Positions 39,001-54,000 of a stretch of DNA of 64,000 bases are shown here, one piece after another (positions within the stretch are counted from its first letter, which is position 1; each line of letters starts with the position of its first letter). The notes beneath the pieces are model-generated. The model saw only the letters and a list, made by a program, of their open reading frames with translations, searched no databases and was not told the origin of the DNA. Position numbers and translations under genes: made by a program. Source of the DNA: an uncultured Planctomycetia bacterium (GTDB lineage Bacteria; Omnitrophota; Gorgyraeia; Tantalellales; Tantalellaceae); assembly GCA_964482475.1 (NCBI GenBank), contig CAYZXR010000001.1:37997-101996 (forward strand), written 5' to 3'.

Positions 39001-42000
39001 TCATAAGTATTTTGATCGTGTGCCTCAACACACGCTTCTAACGTCGCGGTAAATTCGTAATAAACACCATTCAGAACCATTCCCCCGGTCTCAAGCTTAT
39101 ACTCATTATGTTTTTCTGTTAGCTGGATATCACCAGATTCTGACCAGGCGACGCGATAATCTTTTCCCCCTATGTTTACAACTTCAGTATCGTCCTCTAT
39201 TTTACTCAAGTAACGCATATGGTCATTATCCCATCTTATAAAAGTATGAGTACCATTATCGTTGAGCATCACCTCATAATAATATCCACCGAGCTCAATA
39301 GCGGTATCCGATATCATCTCGCTTTCATACGCGCTTACTCTTTCAAGCAAAACTTTTCCCCTCGCGTCGGTAGTGATTGAATACCCCTTGTCATCGATGA
39401 CAACAAGATTGCCAACATCGTTACTTGTATAACTTGCTCCCTCTTTCTCATACGCAGCTGTAAAGGTATAGCTGCCGTCAGTCCCCTCAGTCACAACAAA
39501 GAAATCATCACCTATTGCTATGTCCGGCAATGTAAAACTATTGATATAATGTGCCATCAAATCAGCGTTACCGGGATTGTTTTCGTCAACTACAACATCA
39601 TACGTAATGCCATCATCTAGGGTAACTTTATTTGTAAATGGGTTAGTCTCATATTCCTTCGGATAATAGGAAGCACCGAAATCAGAATAATTCATATCCC
39701 TCGAACCCGAACCTACAGAAACGGTATAAGTACCTTCACTTCTTGACGTCATGTAAACCTCACCATCAAGTTCAATACCCGGACCAACTTCGGTGATATA
39801 TTCAACTCGTCTCAAAGCCAGCTGACCTGTTTCGGTATCCTCTAATACATAATATTCATGACCATCAAGATAGACCGTACTTGATTCGGTAAGTGAGTGA
39901 GTATCCGTTCTGTCACTTATGTAATACTCTCCGTTATCGGCCTTAAATACATCGTAGAATTCGTTTGCACCATCCAGCTGGACAGTATTCACATATGTCA
40001 CCGAAGGCTCTTGCTCCATTCTTCTGATAACCACTTCACCCTGTTTATCTTCTCCATCCAGGGTTTTAATGTTATATGAATATGTCACTATATAATAGTG
40101 GTTGTATGCTGATTCCGGCGGAGTATCTTCCATGCCATCCCAACCCGCCTTAAGCTCTTTGATTTCTTGAACAGCCCTGTCATTTTCAATATACTCAGCG
40201 CCTTTAACGTTCTCACTAGTGAGTTCCTGTACTGTAAGCGTCACATTACCTGTAAGCTGTTCAATCTCAACCGTATAAACTGTACCATCTTCAGTATCAG
40301 GAACCTTAATAGTTTGAGTTTTAGGATCTGTGAAATACGCTTCACCTGCGCTATCAGTAAACTTATAGTAATATACTTCCTCTTCATCAGTATAAAGCTC
40401 GTATACATCTTCTGCCTGTTCGATGGTAAAGATATCGTTTCCTATCTTAATTAACTCTTCCTTATACGTGGCAGTCTTTGGCGTGCCGTCTTTTACTACT
40501 GCGTACTCTTCTGTTACCGGGTTCTGGAATATTCTATACGTATTGCCTCCGGCTTCAAATGTATTGGTATATTCATCATAGTGGAAAGTCTCCTCGTTTT
40601 CCGCCTTCATAACATCGGCCAATGTGTATACCTTCCATGTATCGTCACCATCAACTTTCTCGCCTTTCATATACTCCAGCAGAGCAGTCGGTTTATTTGA
40701 ATAGTAGCTATAGTTAGCATCATACCCGGTATCTAAATAGTAGCTCTCATCTATTACACGCGTCCCGTCTATCTCGGAACCCAGACTTACATCAAAATTC
40801 CAACTTGTAGCAACGACCTGATCTAATGACGCAAGACCATATGTTGCATGCTCAACCAGACCTATCTTGCCGGTTTCCGCGTCATAAGTAATATCGTAAT
40901 CCACCCCATTTAAGCTAAACCCTTTTCTATAGGATTTTGCTTTGTTTAAATTAGTTGTCACTTCATTCCCATCATCAAAATAATAACCTACGTCATTGTT
41001 ATATTGAGGGCTGAAAACTCTCTCGATATCTGTTTGATATATCGTAACCGTCTTCGTGGGTTGATAGAAGTTACTAGTCGCATATACTGTCATCTCATTA
41101 GCATCTTCATACATGTACGGATCATAATAATAATCATCCATATCGTTTATCGCATACTCGTAAGTATACGAGTTTGGCGTACCGAACAGAATATCGTTAT
41201 TTCCCTGATAGTTAGAATCACCGTAAATATCGTTATTATACCGACCTGTAAAGGCCTTTAGCAACGGATCAGTCATCCCCATCATCATATAGTCAGCATA
41301 CGCATTCTTGTTTATACCTTTATATTGGTCTTGTGAATACAAGTAATCCGCATACCTGGCAACCATTTCCATGGCGTTATAATCTTTAACCCATAGGTTA
41401 TCGTATGTATCACTCTCACCATGTGTATAAAAAAGATCATATAGCTGTTTGACGTCTTCTGATGACTGAATATAAGGATCTTCATCGCCTACCTTCAACG
41501 ACTCAGGCGGCCAGACATCATAATATGAACCATCATAAGCGTCCGGATTTAGATACGCTTCTTGATATAGATCAAGCATCCCAGTCTTATACAAAGTGTA
41601 CCAACTATACCAAGAATAACTACTCCATTGATCTCTTGTTTCAATATCCTTGGTTACATCACGAACTTCTATATAATCCATCGCGTCTCCCGCGACATGC
41701 TTTTCTTTTAATGTGAGCTTGCCGGTTTCAGGATCTGTTCCTACTTTATATTCCTTGCTGCCGACAGTAACTTCTCGCGCGGCGACATACTGATTATCTC
41801 CTTCAGAAAATACATACTCCCCATGCTCATTTTTTGTCACGCTATAAACACGTTCCTCATCTCCGAGCCTGATCAAATCCTTACTAATAAGAATACTGCT
41901 TGTATGTATCTCTACCAAACTCACAAAACCAGTGACATTATCGTAGTTCACGTTATAAATGCGTCCGTCACCAAGCGTCACCGTATTAGTGTCTATATCA

Positions 42001-45000
42001 CTGGTATACACATTAAAATTGTCGCTAAAAGTGACCTTACCCGTCAAACTATCCCGTGAATAATTATATCCGTCAGCGTCATTTGACACCCTTAACGCAA
42101 GTTTACCTTCAACCGGAGTACTTGTAACATATTCCTCAACCAGATTAACACCGTTTTCTGTCTCAATAATGCTATATAGCTCTCCATTAATAACTACATT
42201 ATTAGCAACAGCATACTGTCCGCTTTCGTCCCTAAATAGCATATCTCCGGTATCCACGTCTTTTTCAACAGCGATAAATTCATTCTTCTCAATAACTGTT
42301 GTCGGCAGTACAAATTTGGAGAAAAATGTGATCTCATATTTATCCTGATCCGCCAGGTTAACAACCGTTACTTCAGGTGCGTTCGCGCTTAAGAAATCAT
42401 CATCTTCAATATTTTCCTGTATAGAAAATCCTCCCAGCTTCAGAGTTACTCCGGGAAGCTCAATATATTCCCCAAGTCCGCCTTCCGGTTTTTCCTCTAT
42501 CACAGACTGATACTTCATATTACCGCTAAACAGCGAATGTGTTTCACCGGTTTCAACTATAGTATATAGGCTGGCTTCACCAGTCTCCTGGTTTACCACC
42601 TCTATCGCGTTGCAATATATGCTCGGATAGTCCTCTACACCTATGGTTGCTTCAGGCAGATCAACAAAGAACTTCTTTGCTTCCATTGACATTGCCTTCG
42701 CCGGCTCCCAGAAGGTCTCTTCAATAACTACGGCTGAATCAATAACACGATTTGAATACGTTATGCCATTATGTGTGATTGTAAAGGATGGCTCGTATGT
42801 GTTATTGCTTTCGTTATGTATGGTCTCATAATCGATGTCATATGTAATGCCGCCAATCGTCAATTGCCTCTGTGCTTGAGCCCCAAGAGGATTATATAGA
42901 TCAACTTGAGTGCTTGTTTCAAAATACTTTTGCGTTAGCCGTACTCTTGGTTCGTTCAGGTCTTCGATATCCTCAACATCATAATAAGTTCCTGCTATGT
43001 TAATAACCTTTACTCCAAGGTTTGTTGTATAATTCAAATCCCCGTTATTAAATGTAATCGTTTCATCAGCGTTTCTAATCACACTATAAAGAACCTCATC
43101 CAGCTCAACTATTTCCTTATAATCGAGCGAGCTCACACTAGTATCTCCAATTAAAGTAACAGTATCTGTGTCTTCATCGTAAACAATGTAATAAATCTCA
43201 TCGTTTATCAATATTATCTCTGTATCTATGCTCTCTATGGGAATATTTACCCCATCATCAAGCATGTACTTATCATCCGTAACCGTTAACGAGTAAACTG
43301 TTCCATCAAGAACTACTAATTTTTCATACCTTGAAGCGATATCTGTATATTTTTCTATAAGTTTTATTCCTTCTTTCGCGTCCAACTCAACTATATATGT
43401 CTTCCCGTCATACAAAGTCACTTCTTTTGTGTCCAGATCTGATACATACGTTTTAGTGTTAAACTTAAACGAATAGGTTCCATCCGTGTTCACCTCAGCT
43501 ATGTATAGCTTATTATTCACTCTGTACATATTAACGCTTGTGGATTCCCTGTCAGAAGCAGTGAACTTAAACTCACCGGTAACAGCGTCTACACTTATGC
43601 TGTACTCCTTTCCCTTAATAAAGATAGTCTCTTGCTCCGGATCGATAGTCGTGATTATCAAGCCACTCTCATAATCAGTAAATACATATTTACCTTGATA
43701 GTTCTTGTCTATTACATAATATTCACCATTTAAGTTTATAACTTTAGCCGCTGTTACATCTTCCTTGTGGTTCTCAAGATAAACATAGCCTGTAATATCA
43801 TCCACATAGATATCGTACAAGGTTCCTCTGACTTGCTCCACATCCTCCGCACTCAAACCTTCGGTGAGATCCCCATATGATGTATGAAGCACTTCACCAA
43901 GTCTGACCGTATTCGTTGTGCTGTCGCTTACATATTCATGTGTCCCATCATTGAATGTATAAGTACCATCTCCATTATTGACAACCTGATAGTTAGCTCC
44001 GTATACCTCTATAACCTGGCCTTCAACAACTGAACTTGTCGCGGTCATTTCCCTCAACGTAACCATGCCGGTGAAAGGATCATCAACCACGTCATACATT
44101 ATGTAGTTGCCGAGAACAACCGTATTAGTTGTTTTATCTGAAACAAAACTCTTGCCCCAAAGACTTGAATAGAAAGCATACGATCCGTCACCATTATCTA
44201 CAACGCTGAGCACTGTAAACTCTTTCGATATAGGATCAACATATGCCGCCTCAAACGGTGTTAGACCATAGTTGTTGGTAGTAGCAACCTCAGAAACCCT
44301 GGTATCCCGCGTCATTAAACTTACAGCACCGGTTTCAGGATGTTTAGTTATCTGATATGTCAATTGCCCAAGTTCCACTGTACCTGTACGTGGGTCACTG
44401 TAAAAAACATTATCTTTCGCAAAGATCGCCTTCAGCATGGCTTTATACGCGTCAAACTCGGTACCATCGACTTCGCCGTTTTCATCGACACCAAGAGTAA
44501 TACCTGCTTCCGCTACCAGCATATTGTAATCATCGTCTGTCATGCCACCATTTTTGTTAAACATATAGCTTCCGTCGGAAAGAGCGATCGCGTCATACTC
44601 GTCCCCTAAAATACTCAACGATGTTACAAATCTGCCCAATTCATCGGCCCATATCTCAGCCGTCTGTATACTGCTCAAATACTGAGTACGGCCCTGGTAG
44701 CCGTCACCGTTTTCCAGAGCCAGCTTAATTTGAGTGAAAGGTGTGCTTTCGCTAACAATCGGTTCTCCATTGGAATTTTTCTCTGTTAAAACCAGTTCTC
44801 CGGTAACATTATCTGTACTGATCTGATAGGCTTTACCATCAAACAAAGTCACCTCATCAGCTTCTTTGTTACTAATATATTCGCGGCTTGTTGTATTGTC
44901 AGGATCATAAGTTATTTGAACTATCCCACTAGCATCCGTGAAGAACTTATGATTGATATCTACCGTGGTATTTTCTTTGAGAAATACGTTTCCTGAACTG

Positions 45001-48000
45001 ATAACCACTTTATATTCCGTTCCGTCCAGTATTACAGTTGAATCAGCCGCGTTGCTTTGTTTGGCTACAATCGCGTCATCAAACTCGTAAATACCATCTC
45101 CCAGATCTGTTACAGCATATTCTATGTTTGCCGTTGTTAAAGTCTTACCGAGATCATAAGAAGAGTTTATCTCAATCTCGATTCCCTCTGGCGCGGCAAT
45201 AAGAATAAGACCTCCGTTCTCCGGAGTTCCGACAGCTTCATAAACAACACCGTTACCCACAGTTACAATTTTTCTGTTTCCGTCTTCAACAAAATCATAA
45301 GTCGTTCCTGTCTCCTTGTCCGTTATTCTTGTGCCATCAAAAGCATATGTCCTGCCATCGACTTTAACTTCAAATAGTTTTGGTTGACTGCTAACAACTA
45401 TCCCATCCACTTGTGAAGTCAACGCGATCTTTGCCCCAGGAGCTTTTATGATGCTATACACATTGCCATCTACAACTATTTCTGTCCCGGAGGCATCGCT
45501 TGCATATTGATCACCACCTCTTGACAATACATATGTACCATCTGAATAGGCTTTATAAACATAGGTTTCACCGTTAATATCTATCTTCCCGCCAAGTGAT
45601 GTACGGCTAAAAGCTACCGGCTCCGCAACTTGAACTAATTTTATTTCCGTACCAGTCTTAATGATATCGTACCGGATACCACCAAGCTCTACAGTTTCAT
45701 TAGCGGAATCACTACGATAAAGACCGTCACCATCAACAAATTGATAGGCTCCGTGTCCTTGATCCAAAACGCTGTAAACGTTACCGCCGGCCTCAATGAG
45801 ATCCCCTCGAGAAGAAGTCCAGTCAGTGCTTTCCAACCCACAAATGATACCCCTATCCCCGGCTTGGGCTATATCTTTTTGCAGTACAAAGTATCCTACT
45901 CCTTTTGATACATCTCCATATACACGATACGCACTACTACCTTGTGGGGTCACCGTATCGGTAACCTCTCGCTTATAGTAGTCACTGTACATCAAGTATA
46001 CTTTACCATTCTCTTCAATAATATCATGCGTTCTACCATCAATTACTATTTGTTTTGAACCTTTGTTCGCGATATCGCCTGTAACCACATTAACATCAGC
46101 GTGGTCTAGAAGCGCGACAACGCTCACATTATCGTTCGCATCCAGCATTGTGACGAATTTATACGTTACACCTTCAACGTCAAATATCGTCGTTCCACTG
46201 GCAGCTATCTCGCCTAACTCCGTAGCCCCGTCCATTAAACCGAAAGACCCATCTTCTTTTTCGATAGAATAGTAATTCTTCTCGCCTACCCCCACAACGC
46301 TAATACCCTTGCTATAGTTTTCTACTTCCTCAACCGTCAAATAAACCATCTCACCATCATTTAACTCATATAAATTATTTTCTATCCTCAAAGCCACATA
46401 AATAGTTCCATCAATATTCAGCAACGTGCCATCTGCATGTACACTTGATGACAAAGATTCGTCCCTTCTGGTTTCCTTTAGTGTAATATCATCCGGAGAA
46501 CCGCCGACTATGGCATATCTAACACCATTAAGAGTGACAGTATTGGTCTCATCATTACTTAATGCTGCCTCGGCCCCGTCCTGTGGTGTGAATGTGTATG
46601 CGTATGTACCGTCTGTTTCCCGACCAATAACGTAGTTATTACCATCAACAGTAGCAACCTGGTTAGAAAGCGCGACAATGTCCCCTGTTGTATCTTTCAA
46701 TTCAACTTTACCGGTTTGCCAATCTCTGATTACATCAAAGGTTCCCTCCGGCAAAACAACTAGGGAAGCATTCCCTTCTGTCATATATTCGTCACTACCA
46801 CTAGTAAATTTGTATTCCTTTGATACCTTGTCATATGCAATATAATAGTCCGCACCTCCGACTTCCATTAATTGACTATCAGCTGATAAAATATCCACTG
46901 CCACGCTCTTCTCTATTAAAGATATTTCTGAAGGTAATGACCCGTCTGTTACGTCTACTACATAATCCTTACTCCCGATAGAGACAATACTCGTATAATC
47001 GTTGAAATCTCCCGTAGGCTCAAATATCTCTCCCTGCAGATTATCGAATTGTATGTTATTATATACACTTCCGGAATCGTAATATACGCTGCCTCCTCCG
47101 ATTACACCATAATAATCGCCCTCTATGGACATAGCTACTTCCGCACCCTCTAATGCCTTCGCGTCACTCGTGCCGCTTGGTTTAAAAGTAAAACCATCTT
47201 GAGGCGTACCTGAGACTTCATAATCAACACCGTTTATGGTAATTATCTTGTCGGATTCCTCACGCATGCTGCAAGAATCTATTGTTCCCCATCCGGAATC
47301 ACGTAAATAAAATGTCTTATCACCATTTACTCCATTGTAATTATACGAATAATAGTACTGAACCCCTTCCAACGTAAACGCGCCCTCCGTATTGTCATAG
47401 TAATACGATATTGTCGGATCAGTACTTGCCTGTGTCGTACCAATCAGCTTCACCCCTTCTCCAGAAACGAACATTACCTGATAAACCTCATCATTGATAG
47501 TTACTTCACCGGGAATCTGGACAGATCCTACGTTAAAAATATAGCATTCGTCGTCGGAATACATATCCCATCCATAGCGAGTCCCATCCAGATAAAAGCT
47601 ACCGTTGCCCCACAAATCTCGCCACTGAATTTCGAGATTCTCTACCGGTATCGCGCTACCGGCTCCAAGGGCAGTCAGGACCTCATCCAACGTTGTTCCT
47701 ATGCAAGAATACTCAACACCGTCTATTAATGCGTTATCTCCGAAATTAACTCTTGCTACTTCTGACGTGCCATTATCAAACACTATCATCCCCTCTTCCA
47801 CATATATCGCGTAATAATCATCTACTGCCTCACCCGCAAATCTGAGGACGCGCTTATCCACCGGTTCAATAACAGTTCCTGTCGCCGCGACTAATTGCAC
47901 ATCTCCCGTCATAAGCTGGAAGACTTTATAAACAACCCCATTTAATGTTACTGAATCAGTTTCAGTAACATTAATTGTCGCGAAAGTATTAGACGTTTCT

Positions 48001-51000
48001 ATTTCATAGAAAGTATAAATATCTCCTTCCTTTATCACACCATATGCTTCAATAAGCCCGTCATTTGCTATCGCTATCACTTGATCATAAACAACTTCGA
48101 CAGGGATCTGTTTACTAACTATTATGTTGTCCAATCCCGACCCATCAATATCATAGGTCATGCCCTGGATAATAACTGACGTTCCGTCCTCACTGCTGGC
48201 AAATGTATCCACTCCATCATTAAACCTGTATTGCTGACCATCAAAAGTAATTGAGTAAACTTTGCCTCCAAGAATCACTGTTTTTCTGCTACTAGATTCA
48301 ATGGCTTCTTCACCACGGCTTAAACTATAGGTACCGTCCTCGGATCTAGCCAGTTCGTATACGACGTCACCGATTGAGATCTCATTTTCATTAGCAGTTA
48401 TTATTTCGCTTGTGCCATCATTAAAGCTGAAAGACCCGTCATTATTATAGGTGTACGTATAATCATAATTTTTGTGATCTACCCCTACTACTCCTTCAGT
48501 CTGCACTCCACCTTCTATCGGCACTATAACGTAATCACCATCATTATTTTCCTTATACCGGTAACCGTCAGGCATAATAACAAATCCTTCAGTATCGATT
48601 AATCCGTTGAAATCATATGTAGCGCTTGTCTGTGTATCTGCCTGCACAACCTGGCCGTTTTCATCTATTGAACATGGAATAAATTTATATCCATATTCAT
48701 AGAACTCATAGCCATTCTCGCTATATGTCATTTTTGTATAATGAACTCTGTAATAGGTACCATTCACTTCTATCATCTGAACGGAACTACTGTTGTCACT
48801 CCTTTCCACAAGTGTAATCGCACCGGTTTCCTCATCTTCCTCGATATCGTACCTTACCCCATCCACCTCAATATAATTAACCGCGTCGCCTGAGGCATTC
48901 TCCTGTATAGCTGCCTGCCCCATAGCGTCTAAAATAATCTGCCTGTCCACGTCATCTAATAAGCCGTCATCATTAATATCTCCGGCAATTTTTTCTCTCA
49001 AGGTTACGTCACCTGTAGCAGGAGTATAAGATATCTTGTACTCCACGCCGTCAATAACCACATTATCATACCCATTTATACTGGAATAATAATTTTCTCC
49101 ATCGGTAAAAATAAACCCATCCTGCGAAGTGTTATTTATTGTATAGTTTTTACCATTGAGCCTTATTGCTTTTGTCGCAAGCGAGATTGAAATGCTTACC
49201 TTGGAATCCAAATATCTTTCCTTAAGAGCGATCTTACCTATAGCCAGATCCGTTATCACATCATAAACATCCCCTTCGATAACCACGACATCCAGACCTT
49301 TCTGGCTTATATAGCTCTCCTCACCATCATCAAAGACATATGTCCCATCTTCTTGTTTAGATATGATATATTGTTTGCCGCTGAGCGAAATTATCTCATC
49401 CTGAACAACAATACTTGAAACATAAAGTTTTCTTAAGGAAATATCACCCGTGATCTCGTCAATTTGTATCTTAAATGTTGTACTGCCGACTTTTACAACT
49501 GTTTCCCCTTCGGCATCCAGTCTACTATCATTTCCAAAACCGTCGTAGTAAACCGTATATGTGCCATTCTGGTTGTCTCTGATGCCGTATGTCTTACCCT
49601 CAACATCAACAACTTCATCAAAAATGCTTTCACTGATCTCAGGATTCTTATCTAATGCCACCCTCCAGAAATTGATCAGATCCATAGTCTGTTTTACAGA
49701 ATCAAGGTCACCCTCGCTGACTTTTCCGTCTTTATTAATATCCCGCGCTATCTCTAACGCACCTGCCAGTAGCTGTGAATCAGTATAACTAACCTGCCCG
49801 TCACCGTTAATGTCCGCATTTGCAAGTTCTTCTTCATCAACCTTTATCTCATTTGATCTGATTATCTCAGAGATCCTATCCAGATCTCCCTGGTAAACAT
49901 AGCCGTCTCCATCAACATCAACATTATAATCCCGCACTTCATTGAACAGATCTAAATCGCCAGGATCAACTACTCCATCCTTATTAAGATCTTTCGCTGC
50001 TATGTCTTCCAATACCTCTTGAGTACCAGTATTCATTACAGAATTTATATAGGCTAACAACGTATTTACATTTGGAATTTCTTCCTGTCCATCGTTATTA
50101 AGATCCAGATTCAGTTTATAGATATTATCCAAAGTCGCTTTATATTGTTCGATATCGAGATTGTCAACATCTCCGTCACCATTAATATCCGCATTTGCAA
50201 GTTCTTCTCCTGTAATGCCGTATGCCAAATATTCTTTCACCACCTGCCAACGAGCCAGATCATCTTCATCAATTCTTGTGTCGTTATTGATATCAACGTT
50301 ATTATCCACCATGTCTTTCAGATTCTCCAGATCATAGGTATTAATAATCCCGTCATCATTAACATCAGCGTTATTCAAGTCAGAAATATTCAATGAGCTG
50401 TACTGCAACATAGTGTTAATTGATTCATTCATCATATCAGCTTCTGCCTGGATTATTTCACCATCGCCATCCAAATCAAAACTGCTAAAATCAAAAACAT
50501 CCATGATGTCGACTAAACCCTGCTGATCAATGTTTTCGTCAAGCCCGGCACTTGAAATATCCATTTCTTTTTCAGTCTCGACCCCCAGTGAATCAACCAA
50601 CCCTTTTAAAACCGCAATATCATTATCATCCGCTATCCTATTCTTATTTAGATCAAGCTGTTTCGTGATTTCCTGAGCCAAAAATTCGATATCAAACTCT
50701 TGTGTTTCCTGAGACGCACCAACAAATTCATCGATTATGCCCTGAATAGTTTGAACATCTCCTTCATCAAAATTCAATCTCTCGACCAAGCTTATCTCAT
50801 CTGTGTCAATATCCCTGTTGACGGTATACGCGCATTCGTCCACGATAACACTCTTAGTTAAAACATCGCTTGTAAATTCTTCATCTGTAGATACATCTGT
50901 AAATGAATAGGTTCCATCTTCGTTTTCGGAAATGATCAGCTCCCGACCCTCTAAGGATATACTATTAGAGGAAACCGAGGAGCTCTCTTTCTTTTCTTTA

Positions 51001-54000
51001 TTCTTGTATATGAGCCTGAGATCTTCTAATTCATCTATCACGTCTTTGATCTCTCTCGCTTCCAACGCGTTTGCTTTAACATCTTCCGTCATATAAACAT
51101 CTTCTATGTCAATAGTTCCATCACCGTTGACGTCTCTTGCGGTTTCCGTAACAAATTGCAGTTTCTCTATATCTGTATAAGTAACATCACCATCATTGTC
51201 AATATCCACATTAAGCCTTTGACTCAATGACGCTTCTTCCCCAATTTCTTTTTCATAAATAGCCTGTTTAACAATGTGAACATCATCGCTGCTTACCTTG
51301 CCATCATTGTCAATATCACTACTGATTATCGAATCTTTATTGAAGATCCCTTCAAATTCCAAAATATCGTTTGTATAATCTTTCTCACCTTCTTTCGGTC
51401 TCCTTACAACCCTAGAACCAACGCCATCGCTACCACCTTCCATTTCTCCGGTAAATTCCCCATCCTCATCCATATCAGCTCTATAAAAATCTTCCAGCGT
51501 TAGAGGAATATCTAACGCTTTATACTTTTCAATTTTATAAGCATCACTTTTTCTCACCAGCTGATCCTGACTGAGAGAGGCAAGCTTTTCTCTTGCTTCT
51601 TTCACTTCAAGTTCATCGGCAGCATCAATAATAAAATCGTTATTTACGTCCCGTCTCTGGTAATCGTAAGGATTTAGGACATATCCCATTCCGTCAACAC
51701 CTGTTAATTCTATCTGCCTCTTGGTTTCTCTGAGAAGTTCAACATCAATGAAGTCGAACTTTCCGTCATTAGTTAAGTCATAATAATTGTTATTATTTGT
51801 TTCCAATGCCAGCATAAACTGTTCATAATCTGTCCTGGATATCTCGCCATCCCCGTCCCTGTCCGCTATTGCGCTATCGATCGTACCGTTACCATCAACA
51901 TCTACCAGCTCTAATCTCCAATCAGTCACTTCCTTATTCACAAAAATAGTCTCTACATTTACCTTATTATCATCATTCTCATCCAGACCCTTCAATACCG
52001 TCATATAATTACTTATCTTTATTAAATCTTCCAAAATCTTTCTATCATTATCTGTTCCAGATGAATAATCGATTACTCCGTCATCTCTAAGGCCATCCAG
52101 ATTAATACGCCCCTCGATAACATTATTAATCTCGGTTATGTCCTCTGTACCCACAACATCATCACCATCAAAATCATAAGTTTTATATTCACTAATTTGC
52201 AGAATCTCACCGTCTTCAATAGCCCCTAACGCATCCATTAACATCTTTTCATCTCTTAAATCTACAACACCGTCTTGGTTTAAATCCAACTCTGTTGTTG
52301 CGGATACCAATTCCTGCATTTTTAAAATATCTTCGTTATTAATTAAGTTATCCTCATTCACATCCGCTTTGCTCATTAGAAGTCGTGTTAATTCAAGATC
52401 GGCACCACTCATAACATCTTCAATTCTCGCGACATCAAGCGCGTTTACAAAACCATCTCCATCAACATCCGGAACTGTTCGTTTTATTTCCTCAAAAGCA
52501 AATGGCGCTTTTGCCAACCACTTTTCCGCAAGCGCGATCTGGTTCTTGACCGCGTCATATTCTTGATCAATACTGTTCAAATCCTTCAATGTCACGAACC
52601 CATCTCCATCGATGTCAGCCCTATTCAGCTCGGCCCCACCAACGATCTTGCCTGAAATAAAGTTCGAAATAACAGTTTCAACCTGAGTTATCTCATCAGC
52701 ACTTATCCACCCGCTCCCATCCAGATCCAACCCTTCAGGGGCCTCTAACGCGTTTTCCAGTAAATCTTTATCAGCATATGTTACATACCCGTCTCCATCA
52801 AGATCAGACAGATCCATCATGCTTTCTGTAACAGTAAGAGCATCCTTATAGATTATATTCTCGATTGTCTGAATGTCAGAATTGTTAACAGATCCGTCAC
52901 CATTAACATCAATTACACGAGCAAGCGCGGTTGCAATATATTCCCGGTCATTGTCTGTAACATATCCGTCACCATCAACATCCATTCTATTGATTTCTTC
53001 GACTGTTAGATACTTACCCGCGGCAACTAGGTTTTTTATTCTGAAAATTTCTTCTCTGTCCTGACCATCGATAACAGTGTCTCCGTTTATATCGTATTTT
53101 GAGCGATCGATCAAAGCCAAAGCCGAGATGTCGTCCAAAATTTCATCAACCCAGTAACTCATATTTTCATAATCAGCATCATCCACTACGCCATCTGAAT
53201 TCAAATCCGCCTTTTCCACTTCTTCCGGTAAGGCCGTTTCTCGAAGACCAAGAGAGGTTATGACATCTTCTAGTGACGCTACATCCGCGCTATTTCGTTT
53301 GCCATCACCATTCACATCACTTTGAGCGTATCTTTGCAATGCTGTTCTCAAGACATCAACATCGGCTTCTGAGACATTTCCGTCTCCATTAATATCAGCT
53401 CGTCCGATTGTTCTGCTAGAAAATGAAAAGCCCATATAATCCATTACATCATTTAATCGAGCCAGATCCTTTTCATCAAAAGTCCCATCTCCATTAATAT
53501 CTGTCTGCCCTACCAAAAGTCCCCTTGTGTAAGTAACGTCCCTATTGTCCACAACCCCATCCCCATTTACATCCGCATAATCAAACTTGTGGGATTCGGT
53601 CGACATGCGAATGAGCTCTGAAATAACTTCAAGATCGGATGTATCAATATTTCCACTATTATTGATATCAAAAACATTCAAATCATCCACATCGACGCTA
53701 CCGTCTTTATTAATATCCGAAATCATCAATGTCTCTATGAATGTTTTATCCACTACATTGGCGTTGCCGTCGCCATTCGCATCAGATCTTGATAGTTCAA
53801 TAATTTGTTTAACAATAGAATAGTCCCATGCGTCAATCTCACCATTTTTATCGACATCAACATTGAGTGATTTAGCGACATATTGCTCTTCCAGTGACGC
53901 AATTGACTCTACCGCACTCAAGTTCGTTATAAACTCAACTGTCTCACGAGAGGTATATTGATCTTGACCGACCTGTATACCTATATCTATACCCGAAGCG

